From: an uncultured Acidobacteriota bacterium
Lineage (GTDB): Bacteria > Acidobacteriota > Thermoanaerobaculia > Multivoradales > UBA5704
DNA length: 64,000 nt
NCBI GenBank assembly: GCA_963792575.1
Contig: CAWBWZ010000010.1
Location: 285,703-349,702 of the forward strand
Direction: 5' to 3'
Shown one piece after another: positions 55,558-63,324 of the stretch; positions within the stretch are counted from its first letter, which is position 1; the number at the start of each line of letters is the position of its first letter. A program made the position numbers and the translations under genes. The notes under the pieces are model-generated. The model made no database searches and was not told the DNA's origin. It saw only the letters and a program-made list of their open reading frames with translations.

Positions 55558-55915
55558 GTCCTTGTTTACCCGCATAGAAGCTTGCCATGGGAGCGGGTGA
55601 GCTTGAGACGGGTGGAGCCGAACTTGGACGGTCGAGGGGAGATTCGTGACGAGACCACGCGAGCTTGAAGCGGAGCGGCCAGGGTTTGGGCGCCGCGCTC
55701 CAGGCTTGGGCGGCTCCGGCGCAAGTCCGGTCGGCCTCGCGCGAGCTTGGAACCGTTCATCCCAAGCCCGAGCGCGACGCCTCGAAGCCTGGACGCCGTG
55801 AATCGGGCTACGCCGGGGACGGCTGGACTTTGAAGGGAAGCGCGCAAGCCGGCGACGGCTCGCCGCAAGCACGTTCTTTGACAACTGAAGCATCGGGTGC
55901 CAGCCCGCAAACCTG
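55558..55915. repeat. Degenerate periodic array of ~18 RAGCTTG-like boxes at 20-21 bp spacing
   Basis: Box cores at 55561, 581, 602, 623, (643), 664, 685, 705, 726, 746, 767, 788, 808, 829, 849, 870, 891, 912. Confidence 0.7.
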
Positions 55916-55967
55916 CCGGCGGCGAGAGAAGGGGGATCTCCGCCGTGCCGGCTGGCACCCACCCTGT

Positions 55968-56459
55968 TCAGGGTTTCTTCGGCCGCTTCCTGGCTTTCCC
56001 GGGCTTCGCCTCTTCGGCCTCCGGCTCCGCCCGAGCCTGGGCGAGATGGCCCGAGATCTCGCTGAGAACGTTGCCGAGCGTCCGCCGGAGGGCGCGCTCC
56101 AGCTCCTCGTCGGTCACGCTCTGCTTGTGGACGTTGCGGATCACGAACGTCCCGACCGGCGGCTGCCCCCCGACCCGCTGCCAGAGCTCATAGGCGGCCG
56201 GGCTGGCCGGGTCCTTGAGCGTGGGATAGACGAACGCGAGCAGCTCCTCGGGCTCGACCTCCAGCGCCTTGGCGATGTCGATGACGTGCTCCATCTTGAG
56301 CTCGATCGTCCCCGCGAACACGCGGCTCAGGTAGCCATGGCTGTACCGCAGCTTGTTCTCGATGTCACGGACGGTATACCCGAGGATCCTGATCGCGCTC
56401 TTCAGCGCGTCGAGGACGTATCGCACCTCGGAGCGGATGGGGGGCTTGGCGGGGCTCAT
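55968..56459 (-). CDS. XRE-family helix-turn-helix protein
   Basis: LGYTVRDIENKLRYSHGYLSRVFAGTIELKMEHVIDIAKALEV HTH pattern. Confidence 0.8.
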   Translation of the reverse strand: MSPAKPPIRSEVRYVLDALKSAIRILGYTVRDIENKLRYSHGYLSRVFAGTIELKMEHVIDIAKALEVEPEELLAFVYPTLKDPASPAAYELWQRVGGQPPVGTFVIRNVHKQSVTDEELERALRRTLGNVLSEISGHLAQARAEPEAEEAKPGKARKRPKKP

Positions 56460-56563
56460 GGAAGTACTGTATCGCAGCGCTTCGATTCCTTTGACGCTCC
56501 GGGGCGAGCACCCGATCAAGCCGGTGGCGTGAGATGGGTTATCCTGGATGTGGAGGTTTCCAG

Positions 56564-56875
56564 ATGCACTCCATCGTCCAGGACAACATCGAAGCGCTCA
56601 GGGAGCTCGCCATCAAGCACCGGGTCGAGCGGCTGGACCTCTTCGGCTCCGCCGCCCGCGAGGATTTCAATCCGGAGACGAGCGATCTCGATTTCCTGGT
56701 GACCTTCGAGCCGATGCCTCCTATTGAGCACGCCAACAGCTTCTTCGGCCTGCTCGAGGATCTCAAGCGCCTGTTCGCGAGACGCATCGATCTCTTGGAA
56801 TCGGAGCCGATCGAGAACCCCTACATCCGTGAATCCATCGCGCTGTCTCGCAAGGTCCTCTATGAAGCGGCCTGA
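56564..56875 (+). CDS. MNT nucleotidyltransferase antitoxin (MntA-like)
   Basis: LFGSAARED...SDLD (GSx10DxD) motif; overlaps HEPN gene. Confidence 0.88.
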   Translation: MHSIVQDNIEALRELAIKHRVERLDLFGSAAREDFNPETSDLDFLVTFEPMPPIEHANSFFGLLEDLKRLFARRIDLLESEPIENPYIRESIALSRKVLYEAA

Positions 56876-57206
56876 CGCCCGCGCCTTCCTCTTCGACATT
56901 CAGCGAGCCTGTCAGCTCATCACGCAGTTCATCTCCGGAACGACTCTCCCGGACTATGCGGCGGACCCGAAGACGCGGTCCGCGGTGGAGCGACAACTGG
57001 AAATCATTGGCGAAGCTCTCGGCCAGATGCTCAGACTGTTTCCCGAAATGGAACACCAATTCCCCGAAGCACCACGGATCATCTCCTTCCGGAACTACCT
57101 CATCCATGGATACGCCTCGGTTTCGAATCAGGTCGTATGGGGAATCCTGGAAGGCAATCTGCCCGAGTTGTCCGCCAAGGTTGAAGAGCTCCTGAAAGAG
57201 AGCTAA
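56862..57206 (+). CDS. HEPN (DUF86/HepT-like) RNase toxin
   Basis: AVERQLEIIGEA and RNYLIHGY (Rx4H-x-Y) motifs. Confidence 0.88.
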   Translation: MKRPDARAFLFDIQRACQLITQFISGTTLPDYAADPKTRSAVERQLEIIGEALGQMLRLFPEMEHQFPEAPRIISFRNYLIHGYASVSNQVVWGILEGNLPELSAKVEELLKES

Positions 57207-57433
57207 GGGTTTGATCTACAGGTGGCGAGGCTACACTCCTTTGATGCAGAAGATGTAACGGAATGTCCAGACCCTTCTTCAATTTCCGAATTTCAGAGCT
57301 CGAGCCAAAGAACGGCTCTACGTCGTGGGCAATCGCAAACTTCAGCGGGAGGCCATGGGGGCAAGGTGGCCTGACTTCCACTGTAGAATGATGACCGACT
57401 CCATCACGCCAGATCTTCAAAGGAGATCCAGCC

Positions 57434-57814
57434 ATGTATTGCCCTGAATGCAGCGGCGAGTACCGGGAAGGATTCACCCATTGCGCGGACTGCGACGTCG
57501 ATCTCGTGGAGAGCCTTCCGGCGTCTCACGAGGACGCTCCGGCCGGGGATCTCGTCACGGTACTGGAGACGAGCGATCCCGGCGAGCTCGCCTTCGTGGA
57601 ATCGCTGCTGCGGAGTGCGGATATCCCCTTTTCCACGAAGGGGGATCACCTGCAGAGCTTGTTCGCCCTGGGGGCGATCGGCGGTTATAACGCCGTGGCC
57701 GGTCCGGTGAGCATCCAGGTCTCAGAGGAGCACGCGGAGGCTGCGGCTCAGATCCTCGAAGCGGCCATGCCGGACGAGGTGGAGGATCCTGATCTCGCCG
57801 CGACGCCCCAATGA
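57434..57814 (+). CDS. Zinc-ribbon + DUF2007 (putative signal transducing) protein
   Basis: MYCPEC...EYREGFTHCADCDVDLV; SLLRSADIP; RBS AAGGAG. Confidence 0.78.
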   Translation: MYCPECSGEYREGFTHCADCDVDLVESLPASHEDAPAGDLVTVLETSDPGELAFVESLLRSADIPFSTKGDHLQSLFALGAIGGYNAVAGPVSIQVSEEHAEAAAQILEAAMPDEVEDPDLAATPQ

Positions 57815-58554
57815 ATGGCGAGACGATGAACGGCGAGACGAGCGCCGAGCAGGTCTTTCTCACGCCCGGAGAGGAGCCGGCTGCGGCGGTCTCCGCATTG
57901 CCGTCGGAATTGACACCAGAGGCCCGGAAGCTTCGTCTCTACGAGATGGCGCTGGTGATGGGCGTCGCCTTCCTGTCGCCCACGATCCACTCGTTATTGG
58001 ACTGGTGGACCGACGCTCCCCTATTCCCCGAGACCGCTTTCAGCGGTCTGAGCCGCATCATTAGCTCCATCGTCCCGCTCTCGGTGCTCGCGTATGTCCT
58101 CTACCGGCAGGGCCGAAGCCTGCGGACGATCGGGCTTACGGCCAAAGCCTCGGACATTCCCTGGACCCTGGCCGTCATCTTCTGCTCCAAGCTGCTGGCC
58201 AGCAGCATCGAAAACCTCTTCATCGTCTACCACGTTACGGCATTCAAGGCCCACCCCCCGGAATGGGGCGGCTTCCTGACCTGGCTGGCGGTCGTGCCCT
58301 CCGCCGCTCGGGAAGAGCTGATCGTCCGGGCCTATCTGATGACCGAGGTCGCCGCGCTGTCGGGCAGCATGACGCTCGCCGTCATCGCGAGCGCCGGTTT
58401 CCAGTGCTTCTATCACTTGTACCAGGGGGTGCCGGCGGTCCTGCTCCACATGGGGACGTTCTTCACCTACGCGGTCTTCTACGCCTACACGCGGCGGGCG
58501 ACGCCAGTGATCCTCGCCCACGCCCTGGAGAACTTCCTGATCATCGCCAGGTAG
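57811..58554 (+). CDS. CPBP/Abi family intramembrane glutamic endopeptidase
   Basis: EELIVR, HLYQG, AHALEN motifs; multiple TMs. Confidence 0.85.
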   Translation: MNGETMNGETSAEQVFLTPGEEPAAAVSALPSELTPEARKLRLYEMALVMGVAFLSPTIHSLLDWWTDAPLFPETAFSGLSRIISSIVPLSVLAYVLYRQGRSLRTIGLTAKASDIPWTLAVIFCSKLLASSIENLFIVYHVTAFKAHPPEWGGFLTWLAVVPSAAREELIVRAYLMTEVAALSGSMTLAVIASAGFQCFYHLYQGVPAVLLHMGTFFTYAVFYAYTRRATPVILAHALENFLIIAR

Positions 58555-58570
58555 CGGCGCGAGTGGGCCG

Positions 58571-59710
58571 TCAACTCCGGTCCTCTATCGCCTCCAGGAT
58601 CGGACGCGCGAGGTAGATCCGGCGCCAGGAACGGCCGGTCATCTCCGCGAGCAGGCCCTCTCCCTGGAGAAGGGCGATGGCCTGCCGGGCGGTCGGATTG
58701 GAGACGTTCAGGACCTGAGCGGCCCGCGCGGCGGTCAGGTAGGGGTTCACGAAGAGCTCGTCCAGGAGCCGCAGGGCGTTCGGTTTCCGGCTGAGCCGCT
58801 GGCGGTAGGACTCCCGCAGATCCATCAGCCGGCTCGCCTGGCGGATCGCCGACCGCGCCGTCTCCTCCACTCCGGCCAGGAAGAAGCGGAGCCAGCCGGC
58901 CCAGTCCCCCTCCGTCCTCACCCGCTGGAGACGGTCGTAATACTCCTGGCGGTGGGCCTCGATGTAGTCGGAGAGGTAGAGCAGCGGCTGGGAGAGGCGG
59001 CCACGCTCCACGAGGAAGAGCGTGATCAGGAGGCGGCCCACCCGCCCGTTGCCGTCCAGGAAGGGGTGGATCGCCTCGAACTGCTCGTGCATGAGAGCGC
59101 ACTGGACCAGGTCCGGAAACCGCTCGTGGTCATGGAGGAACTCTTCCCAGCTCGCCAGGCAGTCCATCATCGCGTCCGGGGGCGGCGGCACGTAGGGGGC
59201 GGTCGCCGGAGTGCTGCCGGCCGGCCCGATCCAGTTCTGGGAACGGCGGAACTCCCCCGGAGTGGCCTGATCCCCGCGCACCCCCTGCATCAGATGCTCG
59301 TGCAACTCGCGGACGAGACGCAGCGACAGGGGGAGGTCCCGCAGGCGCTCCAGCCCGTGCTCCAGGGCCGCGACGTAGTTCCGCACCTCCCGCACGTCGC
59401 CGTCTCCGGACCGTTCCGGCTCGGCCTCGTCCAGCAGCAGGTCCGAGAGACTGGCCCGGGTCCCCTCGATACGCGAGGAGAGCACCGCCTCACGACGGAC
59501 GTAGGGAGCGATCAGCAAATGGGGATTCGGGAGCTGCCGGCCCAGGCCCGACAGCTCGCTGAGGGCGGCGTCGGCCCGGGAGAGCAGGCGGACCAGAGCG
59601 GAGTCGTACACCAGATCCGGAGGCAGGGGAGCCGGAACAAAGGCCACGTACCCTCCGGGCGCCTGGATCACGCGACCGGCGCTGGGGTCTCGAAAGTCGG
59701 AGGGATTCAT
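58571..59710 (-). CDS. Fic family protein (class II-type inhibitory helix, C-terminal HTH)
   Basis: SSRIEG inhibitory motif; HPFLDGNGRVGR catalytic motif. Confidence 0.92.
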   Translation of the reverse strand: MNPSDFRDPSAGRVIQAPGGYVAFVPAPLPPDLVYDSALVRLLSRADAALSELSGLGRQLPNPHLLIAPYVRREAVLSSRIEGTRASLSDLLLDEAEPERSGDGDVREVRNYVAALEHGLERLRDLPLSLRLVRELHEHLMQGVRGDQATPGEFRRSQNWIGPAGSTPATAPYVPPPPDAMMDCLASWEEFLHDHERFPDLVQCALMHEQFEAIHPFLDGNGRVGRLLITLFLVERGRLSQPLLYLSDYIEAHRQEYYDRLQRVRTEGDWAGWLRFFLAGVEETARSAIRQASRLMDLRESYRQRLSRKPNALRLLDELFVNPYLTAARAAQVLNVSNPTARQAIALLQGEGLLAEMTGRSWRRIYLARPILEAIEDRS

Positions 59711-59725
59711 GGCGGGCTCTGGTGG

Positions 59726-59866
59726 CTTTGAAAGAAATCGGCCTGATTCTTTCAAAGCGCGGCCCACTTTGAAAGGGGGCTTTCAAAGCTCGGGGAGCTT
59801 TTAAAGAAAACGGCCTATTTCTTTCAAAGCTCGGTCTACTTTGAAAGGGAGCTTTCAAAGCCCGGG
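59726..59866. repeat. Two 72-bp tandem units containing eight CTTT(G/C)AAAG palindromic boxes
   Basis: Boxes start at 59726, 59749, 59767, 59780, 59798, 59821, 59839, 59852 (offset 72 between units). Confidence 0.85.
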
Positions 59867-59893
59867 AGGACGGACGGCGCCCATCCTCCCGGA
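59861..59893 (-). terminator. Hairpin downstream of the RiPP precursors
   Basis: CCGGGAGGATGG...CGTCCTCCCGG on minus strand followed by CTTT. Confidence 0.5.
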
Positions 59894-59909
59894 CATGGAA
59901 GCCGGCGGG

Positions 59910-60074
59910 CTACTCGTGGTCGCCGTCGCGGACGAAGTCGGAGCCGGTCGAGGTGGCGGTCTCGTAGATGGTGACCGCGGTGTAGGTGGTGAACGCTCCC
60001 TGGATCCGCCGCTGCTCGGCGTCGGTCAGCGGGCGGAACAGCTCGTTGTCGAGTCTCTCCATCTTCTTCTTCAT
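59910..60074 (-). CDS. RiPP precursor peptide 2 (54 aa, GA-type leader)
   Basis: Manual translation MKKKMERLDNELFRPLTDAEQRRIQGA-FTTYTAVTIYETATSTGSDFVRDGDHE; RBS AAAGGAGA. Confidence 0.85.
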   Translation of the reverse strand: MKKKMERLDNELFRPLTDAEQRRIQGAFTTYTAVTIYETATSTGSDFVRDGDHE

Positions 60075-60091
60075 CGGGATCTCCTTTCCGG

Positions 60092-60268
60092 CTACTCGTT
60101 ATCGCCGTCGCGGGTCCAGTCGGGGGCCGGATCGTAGGTCTCGAAGATCGTGATCGCGGTGTAGGTCTGGGGTGGGTCCTTGACCAGGCCGCCGGTGATC
60201 CGGCTCTGCTCGGCGTCGGCGAGCGGCTGGAACAGCTTGTCGTCGAGCTTCTCCATTCTCTTCTTCAT
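60092..60268 (-). CDS. RiPP precursor peptide 1 (58 aa, GG-type leader)
   Basis: MKKRMEKLDDKLFQPLADAEQSRITGG-LVKDPPQTYTAITIFETYDPAPDWTRDGDNE; RBS AAAGGAG; ATGA overlap with SPASM gene. Confidence 0.85.
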   Translation of the reverse strand: MKKRMEKLDDKLFQPLADAEQSRITGGLVKDPPQTYTAITIFETYDPAPDWTRDGDNE

Positions 60269-61341
60269 TCGGGTGCTCCTTTCGGGATGCCGGCCGGGGC
60301 CGGCCGTTCCGCCGGTGATCGCCACTCGGCGGTGTAAGGGTCGTAGGTGCATTTGGACGGTTTGGAGTAGAGGTCCCGCTCGTCCTTCAGGTAGGCGCGG
60401 CAGTCGATGCAGAGGTAGCGGAACTCGCAGTCCTTGCAGATCTCGATCTGGTCCTTGTTGATCGACCAGAGGGCGGCGAAGTCCCGGTGCGCCAGAGCGC
60501 TGTGGAGGGACGTCTCGCGCAGGTTGCCGAACGACCGCGCCATCGACGGGCAGTTGCGGATCTCGCCGCGGGCGTCGACCGAGATCTTGCGGTTCAGGCA
60601 GGTGTTGTGCCGCTGCCCCTCGGCGAAGGTCTCGAGGTCGACCACGAAGTAGCCGGGATGGACCTTGCCGCAGCAGGAGGGGGAGTCGATCCTCTCGGTC
60701 CGGTACTCCACCACGACGCCGGTGCGCGAGGGGGGGAGCCGCCGCGTCTCGGGAGCGGAGTGGACCACGATGCCGCTGATCCGCCCGTGTTCCGAGAGGA
60801 GGTTCGCCAGGGCTTCGGGAGTGAGCTCGGGGCCATCGCCAACCAGCAGGTCGATCGACCGCAGCCGGCCGTACCGCGCGGCCTCGAGGATCGCGCGCAG
60901 CTCCGCCAGGGTGCAGCCGTGGAAGCAGCGGACCTCCAGCGCCTTGCAACCGAGATCGTCGAGCTCGGCCAGGATCCGGGCGTAGTCGTGGTCCGACCGC
61001 GCGTCGACGTCGAGGATGGCGTTGGTGATCCGCTCCGGCGCCTCCCAGGCGAGGTCGAGGGGAGGGAACTTCGCGGGATCGTCGCACCAGAAGCCGAACT
61101 CGTGGCGCAGCAGGAACTCCAGGTACTCGTCGATCTCCTCGTCGTACTCGTGATCGTAGGCGGCCTTGATCTCGGCGGCCGTCTTGCCGGCGTGCTCGGT
61201 CAGGATCTCGTAGAGGCCGTTGGGGATGAACTGGAACGACCCCCGCTGCACGTCGCAGAGAGTGCTCCGGCGCGCCCCCTTGACCGGGATGCAGCACGCG
61301 AAGAGGGCGAAGACGGGGTCGCCGCCGGCTTCAGGGCTCAT
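60265..61341 (-). CDS. gwsS: Grasp-with-SPASM system SPASM-domain peptide maturase
   Basis: FALFACCIPVKGARRSTLCDVQR N-terminus; NTCLNRKISVD..GEIRNCP; CKDCEFRYLCIDC; KPSKCTYDPY; no radical-SAM CxxxCxxC. Confidence 0.85.
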   Translation of the reverse strand: MSPEAGGDPVFALFACCIPVKGARRSTLCDVQRGSFQFIPNGLYEILTEHAGKTAAEIKAAYDHEYDEEIDEYLEFLLRHEFGFWCDDPAKFPPLDLAWEAPERITNAILDVDARSDHDYARILAELDDLGCKALEVRCFHGCTLAELRAILEAARYGRLRSIDLLVGDGPELTPEALANLLSEHGRISGIVVHSAPETRRLPPSRTGVVVEYRTERIDSPSCCGKVHPGYFVVDLETFAEGQRHNTCLNRKISVDARGEIRNCPSMARSFGNLRETSLHSALAHRDFAALWSINKDQIEICKDCEFRYLCIDCRAYLKDERDLYSKPSKCTYDPYTAEWRSPAERPAPAGIPKGAPE

Positions 61342-61537
61342 CAGGACCGCAGCACCTGGAGATCGGCTTGCGGAAGCTCCCGCAGACGTAGCCGGTGGCC
61401 CGGTAGGGCCGGCTCTCGACCATCCGCAGCACGGTCGCGCGGGTGACCCGCGGATGCAGGTGGCGGTAGATCACCGGCGAGAGCTCCTGCCCCTCGGGGG
61501 AGAGGCGCGCGAAGAGGCCTTCAGGGTCTTTTTCCAT
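61331..61537 (-). CDS. Small hypothetical protein inside the RiPP operon (68 aa)
   Basis: Overlaps both neighbours; RBS AAGGAAG. Confidence 0.5.
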   Translation of the reverse strand: MEKDPEGLFARLSPEGQELSPVIYRHLHPRVTRATVLRMVESRPYRATGYVCGSFRKPISRCCGPDEP

Positions 61538-62534
61538 CGTCTTCCTTGCGCAGCAGCAGCTCCGCCACCTTGCGCTCCAGTTGATAGTTGCACGGCCGCG
61601 ACACCATCCCGAACTGGCCGACCGGATTGATCTCCAGGAAGACCTCGCGGCCGTCCTGCGCCACCATCAGATCGATCGAACCGGTCTCGAGGCCGAGGTC
61701 GTCCATCAGGCCGCGGAGGCGCGCCGCGAGCTCGGGGGCGAGGCGGTAGGGGACGTTGCGGTTCGGCCGCTGCCGGTTGTACTGCCGGAAGTCGACGCGG
61801 GTCTGCTCGTCGTTCTGGGAAAAGATGGCCATGGCGTGGAATTCGCCCGCCAGATAGAACACTCGCAGCTCGTAGACCTTGTCCACCATTTCCTGGAAGA
61901 GCGAGGGGGCGAAGCGCTCCGGCAGGGCGTCGATCTCGGGGAGGCCGAGGGCGGTGGTGAACAGGAAGTGGGAGACCTCCCCCTCGACGAAGGCGTCGAC
62001 CTCGCCGATCGGCTTGGTGATGACCGTGCCGCGCTCGGCGCAGAAGCGGCGCAGCGCCTCGCGCTCGGTGGTCACCAGGGTGGCCGGGGTGGCGATGCCG
62101 GCCCGCGCGGCGCGCTGGAGCACGTCGAGCTTGTTGAGGCTCGAACGGCGCGGATGGCTCAGCCAGGGGAGAGGGTCGAAGCGCGAGTAGAGGAAGTCGC
62201 TCAGGCGCCTGGACTCCAGGCTGAGATGGCGCCGCAGCTCGTGGTGCAGGGTGTGATTGTCGGCCGTGGGGTCGAGCAGGTCCACCCGCTCGTGGCGCCG
62301 CTCGTAGAGCCAGCGCCGGAACCAGACGGCGCCGATCTCGGAAAGGGGGAGCTCGAACCCGCCGGCCGTGAAGCCGAGGGAGACCTCGCCGTCCGCGACC
62401 TCGAAGCAAAGGGCGGCGCGCCCCTCGATGTCGTCGCCGTTGAGGCGGACGCAACGGCCGCCGAGCGCCTCCAGCCAGTCCATGACCTCCTCGGTCGTGG
62501 ACTCCAACGAAGACTGGCTGAAAATCAGGATCAC
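61521..62534 (-). CDS. gwsG: Grasp-with-SPASM system ATP-grasp peptide maturase (graspetide synthetase)
   Basis: MILIFSQ..ESTTEEVMDWL; WFRR; NK; ITKPI; SLFQE..DKVYELRVFYL; MAIFSQ..VDFR; GSID; FLEINPVGQFG. Confidence 0.88.
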   Translation of the reverse strand: MILIFSQSSLESTTEEVMDWLEALGGRCVRLNGDDIEGRAALCFEVADGEVSLGFTAGGFELPLSEIGAVWFRRWLYERRHERVDLLDPTADNHTLHHELRRHLSLESRRLSDFLYSRFDPLPWLSHPRRSSLNKLDVLQRAARAGIATPATLVTTEREALRRFCAERGTVITKPIGEVDAFVEGEVSHFLFTTALGLPEIDALPERFAPSLFQEMVDKVYELRVFYLAGEFHAMAIFSQNDEQTRVDFRQYNRQRPNRNVPYRLAPELAARLRGLMDDLGLETGSIDLMVAQDGREVFLEINPVGQFGMVSRPCNYQLERKVAELLLRKEDDGKRP

Positions 62535-62636
62535 GGCATGCCCTCAAAAGCTCAGTGCCCGCCGGATGGGGTATTGGGACATTGACGCCGGCCGCGGGTT
62601 GGCTTAGCGTGGAGGCCCAACTCCCGAAAGGCGAAG

Positions 62637-63215
62637 ATGAGCGAGATCGAGAAGGCGGAAGAATCGCGCGACACCCTCAACAACGTGATCGCCATCTTCG
62701 TGGCGGTCTTCGCCACCTTCATGGCGCTGGGCAACATCAAGGACGGCAACATCGTGCAGGCGATGTCGCAGGACCAGTCGAAGGCGGTCGACCAGTGGTC
62801 CTATTACCAGGCGAAGGGGATGAAGCAGAACCTCGCCGAGAGCGTGCTCGACCAGCTCCAGATCCGCAAGGCGGAGCCGGGACTCGCGCCGCAGGCCGTG
62901 GCCCTGCTCGACAAGGAGATCGCCATCTACACCGCGAGCGTCCAGAAATACACGCGGGAGAAGGAGGAGATCAAGCGCGCGGCGGAAGCGGCGGAGAAGG
63001 ACTACGACCGCCTGAACGTGCACGACGACCAGTTCGACATGTCGGAGGCCCTGCTCAGCATCGCGATCGCCCTGCTCGGCGTCAGCGCCCTGACGCGCAG
63101 CCGGTGGCTGGTGGGGTTCGCGTTCCTGGTCGCCGCGTTCGGGGTGGTGCTGGGGCTCGCCGGCTTCCTGGGGTGGAACATCCACCCGGACGCGTTCGCG
63201 AAGTTCCTGACGTAG
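62637..63215 (+). CDS. DUF4337 family membrane protein
   Basis: AVDQWSYYQAKGMKQ motif; N- and C-terminal TMs flanking a coiled coil. Confidence 0.8.
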   Translation: MSEIEKAEESRDTLNNVIAIFVAVFATFMALGNIKDGNIVQAMSQDQSKAVDQWSYYQAKGMKQNLAESVLDQLQIRKAEPGLAPQAVALLDKEIAIYTASVQKYTREKEEIKRAAEAAEKDYDRLNVHDDQFDMSEALLSIAIALLGVSALTRSRWLVGFAFLVAAFGVVLGLAGFLGWNIHPDAFAKFLT

Positions 63216-63223
63216 CGGAGGCA

Positions 63224-63324
63224 GGAACAAGGACGCAAAGGACGGCAAGGACGTAAAGGACACCAGGACACCGGCGTTTTCCTTGTCCTTGCCGTCCTTG
63301 ATGTCCTTTACGTCCTTGGTTTCC
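63224..63324. repeat. Hairpin of 9-bp periodic AAGGAC units (sibling of 23794-23886)
   Basis: CAAGGACGC AAAGGACGG CAAGGACGT AAAGGACAC ... GTCCTTGCC GTCCTTGAT GTCCTTTAC GTCCTTGGT. Confidence 0.75.

Noticed and set aside
55558-55915. CRISPR array interpretation of the periodic region
   Set aside because: Conserved part is only ~7 bp and degenerate, the unit is ~21 bp, and no cas genes are in the window
55528-55962. 130-144 aa ORFs across the array
   Set aside because: No RBS or recognisable composition; 20/21-bp steps are not frame-preserving
57207-57420. Possible gene remnant in lower-GC gap after HEPN
   Set aside because: No recognisable motif in the frames I read
59726-59866. Mini-CRISPR (GAAAG-ending repeats)
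   Set aside because: Boxes are 9 bp, the intervening sequences are duplicated rather than unique, and spacing is too short
60092-61297. 401-aa ORF in the track
   Set aside because: Only the last 58 codons (precursor 1, own RBS) look real; the rest is an alternate frame of gwsS
60265-61341. Radical SAM enzyme call
   Set aside because: No CxxxCxxC SAM-cluster motif in the N-terminal region; only SPASM cysteines are present
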